From assembly GCF_009914755.1 (NCBI RefSeq), contig NC_060942.1: a stretch of 64,000 nucleotides of DNA; one strand, given 5' to 3'. The position numbers were made by a program, and so were the translations under genes. This stretch comes from the human T2T-CHM13v2.0 reference genome, Homo sapiens. This document shows positions 61,127 to 64,000 of the stretch, in pieces (positions within the stretch are counted from its first letter, which is position 1; every line of letters starts with the position of its first letter). The notes under the pieces are model-generated. The model was given only the letters and a program-made list of their open reading frames with translations. It was not told where the DNA came from and made no database searches.

Positions 61127-64000
61127 TACCTGATGTCAGAAGCAAGGTTCCAAAGCTGACTCACACTAGCAAGAATCACCAGCTTTGGAATCACAAAGTA
61201 AGGGACCCACCCACAACTGTTTCCCTCCAGGTCACCTCTCTCTCCCCACCCACACTGAGTCTCTCTTAGGCTGAACTCCTGATTGTCGCTCTGTTTCATC
61301 TGGGAGTCGGCTGTGAAGGGGTCTTCCCCCTCCTATTTGAGAGGGGTCTTTCCACCTCTGGTTGGGAGCTCTGTTCACAAGGGTTCTTTTCATCAGAGAG
61401 CTGAATGAAGGAATTTTTCAGCCCTCAGATTGAGGCTTCAGTGAAGGAACTTTTCCCCTTCAGTTGGATAAGGCAGCTTATGGTCCTTCTTGGTAAGTCT
61501 GTATTTTCTTTTCCATAGGCGCCTGCATATTAATTTGACTTTTGTGTAGTCAGTGCTTGCATTTTAATTGGCTTTTGTGTATTTGGCATTAAACTGAATC
61601 ACCTAGATAAATTTAGTTACAAATGGGCTTTCAAAGTTGAAAGGCATGCCAAGATATTTTCTAGGACTCCAGCTGATAGCATGCTTAAACATTATAGGGA
61701 TCATTTAAACAGGCTGTTTTTCTTTAAACTAAAAGACCACAGCTATAAAATTATACACTCCAAATAAGACTCACACCTCAATTGATACACGAGGCTCCAG
61801 AAAAAAAAGAAAAAAGACTCAAAGACTGCCTCACTACAAAAGACTGTCTTAAGGCTCTTTCTTCTCTGATGCTTTCCCTTCCCTTCCTAAAATCCTAAAA
61901 TTTCTCCTCTTTCTCCTTCTCTAAACTAAATTCCCTTTTTCCAAAACTCCTCAGCTATTCTGGCATACTATACAAGCAAGACACTTAAAAGCCAGCAGAT
62001 AGAGAAGAAAATCATTTTGATCGCTGTGCTGTTTCTTAAAAGCAAAACGTGAAACTCCCATGTAAATAACACCCTCTCTACACTAAAAGGAATAGCAACA
62101 TTCTTATCTTCAAGGACAAAGAGTCAAGACCAAGAAAATACTATGCAGACCTTGGTAGGCTAACTCTTAGCTTGTGGGCCTCCTGATATCATTTAGTCAC
62201 ATTTCACAGTTGACTATCCTTTTGCCAATACAGGATATTGGTATCGGATTCAAACTGCTTTATCCAAAATTTGGTTCACAGCCTTTATAAGATTACCTAT
62301 TTAAATAAATCTTACCCTGAGCAACATAATGAGACCCTGTCTCTATAAAAATTTAGAAATTAGCCAGGTATGGTAGCTACATGCCTGAGGTCCCAGCTAC
62401 TCAGGAGGCTGAGGGAGGAGGATCACTTGAGCCCAGAAGGTCAAGGCTACAGTGAGCTGTAGTCACATCGCTGCACTCCAGCCTGGGTGACAAAACGAGA
62501 CTCTGTCTCAACAAAATAAAAGAGAAATCTTAAAGTTTGACCCTATCCCATTTTGTCAGAAAAATAATCTGGATCCAACTGTCTTTATATTATAAACTGG
62601 TGAGTGTACATGTTTTATAATCTCATAACTGAAATTCTAAAGTAAAAGCTATACAATCTCTCTGTGTATGTATATGTGTTTAGAATGTGTTTATACATAT
62701 GTAAATGTATTATGTTGTATGTTGTGTCAACATAATAAAATCTGGCATAGTCATCAAGAAATCCCTTAAGAAATTTTATTCCAATTGATTTAAATAAATG
62801 AGTGCTCATATAAAATATATGCTAACTAACCCAAATGTTTATTTTTAGTTCACATGACTTAAGTAAATCTTTGATAAATTAATTGGTTTTTAAACTTTTG
62901 GTAAATTAGAAATATCTTCAAAATTGTCAACATATATTTTTGCCTGAGCTTACTGGTCAGACAGTAAACATCTGCTAAATGTTTTAAGGTCATGAACCTA
63001 TGAACCCAGCCTAAAACAAAATGATCTTGTTTATGCAATTCGTTGATAAATAAGATCAATTTAATGTTATTGATTTAATAAAAACAGTTGTCTTCTGAGT
63101 TATCATTAAGATACCCATGTATTTAACTTTAAGGTTTACTTAGGTAAATACCTGGTATTAACAGGATGTAAAATTGGTTAATAAAAAAAAACTTGAAATA
63201 ATAACTAGCTCTAATATCTCACTTTTCATAAGTAATCCAGGTATAGTAATTTTAAAAATAAATGTTAGGTAATGGTAAATGGAATAAAGTTTACAAATGA
63301 AATTTTCATATAATTTAAAATATTAAATTTATATTATTGTTAAATAATAAATCATTAAGTTTCTGGGTCGTATCCAAATAAGATAAAAACTGAAACAAAT
63401 TGCTGAATAAATATAAGTCCCTTCTTGCGTCCTTAAATTTTATAAAAAGACCAAATATACTTAGGTCTAATAATCAAAATATAAATTTAAAGAAAAAAAT
63501 TTGTATGAGAAAGAATCTTATATAGTAAGTTGTTGTCCTAAGATAAAATGATTGGTTGTCCCAAAGTTTTTTTAAAAAGAGAAAAATTGTAGGACTGAGA
63601 CTGAGGATTGGGGAAAATGATAAAGGTCTAAACAAGTTTAAAAAGATTTATAAAGAATGGGTCTTAGGAAGGACATTTTATGTGTGACTGGGTTTAAAGA
63701 GATTGGGAAAAATTTGCTTGTTTTTCTAAAATTTCTAAAAATTAAATGTTAGTGTGAGGGGTGCACTGATACAGGACCAGAGTCTAGTCCTCTATATTTA
63801 AAACAACAAGGTTTTTTTGAAATATTGATCTGCTCTTTAAAAAATTACAACAGGTTTTGATTTTTATTTATAAAATCTGTTTAACAGCCATCTTCTAAAC
63901 TGCGCAATTCCTATTCCTAACACTTTTCTTCATGAGATCCTTTTAGTTTCCCTAGTTTCAAGTTTAAAATGTTGTCCTCTTCATTTAAAATGGTAATTTG
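61127..64000 (+). mobile_element. ERV1/MER4-group internal region beginning with a tRNA-Leu-like primer binding site; runs off the window
   Basis: TGATGTCAGAAG at 61131 resembles TGGTGTCAGAAG (complement of the tRNA-Leu 3' end); followed by AT-rich non-coding sequence typical of MER4-group internals; no gag/pol ORF seen. Confidence 0.7.
62315..62520 (+). mobile_element. 5'-truncated Alu (AluJ-type)
   Basis: gaggatcacttgagcccagaaggtcaaggctacagtgagct, J-type right arm. Confidence 0.88.

Overview
Human (or very closely related hominid) genomic DNA. It carries an AluYa5 and an L1PA2-type insert, and the whole window appears to lie inside a minus-strand gene I recognise as L3MBTL4 (MBT-repeat Polycomb-related methyl-lysine reader). 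Six GT-AG coding exons (38154-38063, 18704-18600, 17545-17410, 15565-15474, 13988-13834, 12157-12081; 657 nt) splice in one frame and encode the first two MBT repeats; the start and stop codons lie outside the window. The rest is intronic and repeat-rich: about 20 Alus, L1s of several ages, a MER4A solo LTR, an MLT1D LTR, an ERV1-class LTR with tRNA-Leu PBS and internal region, MADE1, MER5, L2/MIR relics, a 13 x 117-bp minisatellite and two CpG-rich intronic patches. I see no clear new biological system. The best leads are hypotheses: phase-1/phase-1 MBT exon modules bracketed by inverted Alus (stop-free circRNAs), a tight head-to-head Alu pair with complementary tails, a MADE1 hairpin beside a splice acceptor, the VNTR, and candidate intragenic regulatory elements. 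Repeat subfamily calls come from remembered consensus sequences, and boundaries of old repeats are approximate.
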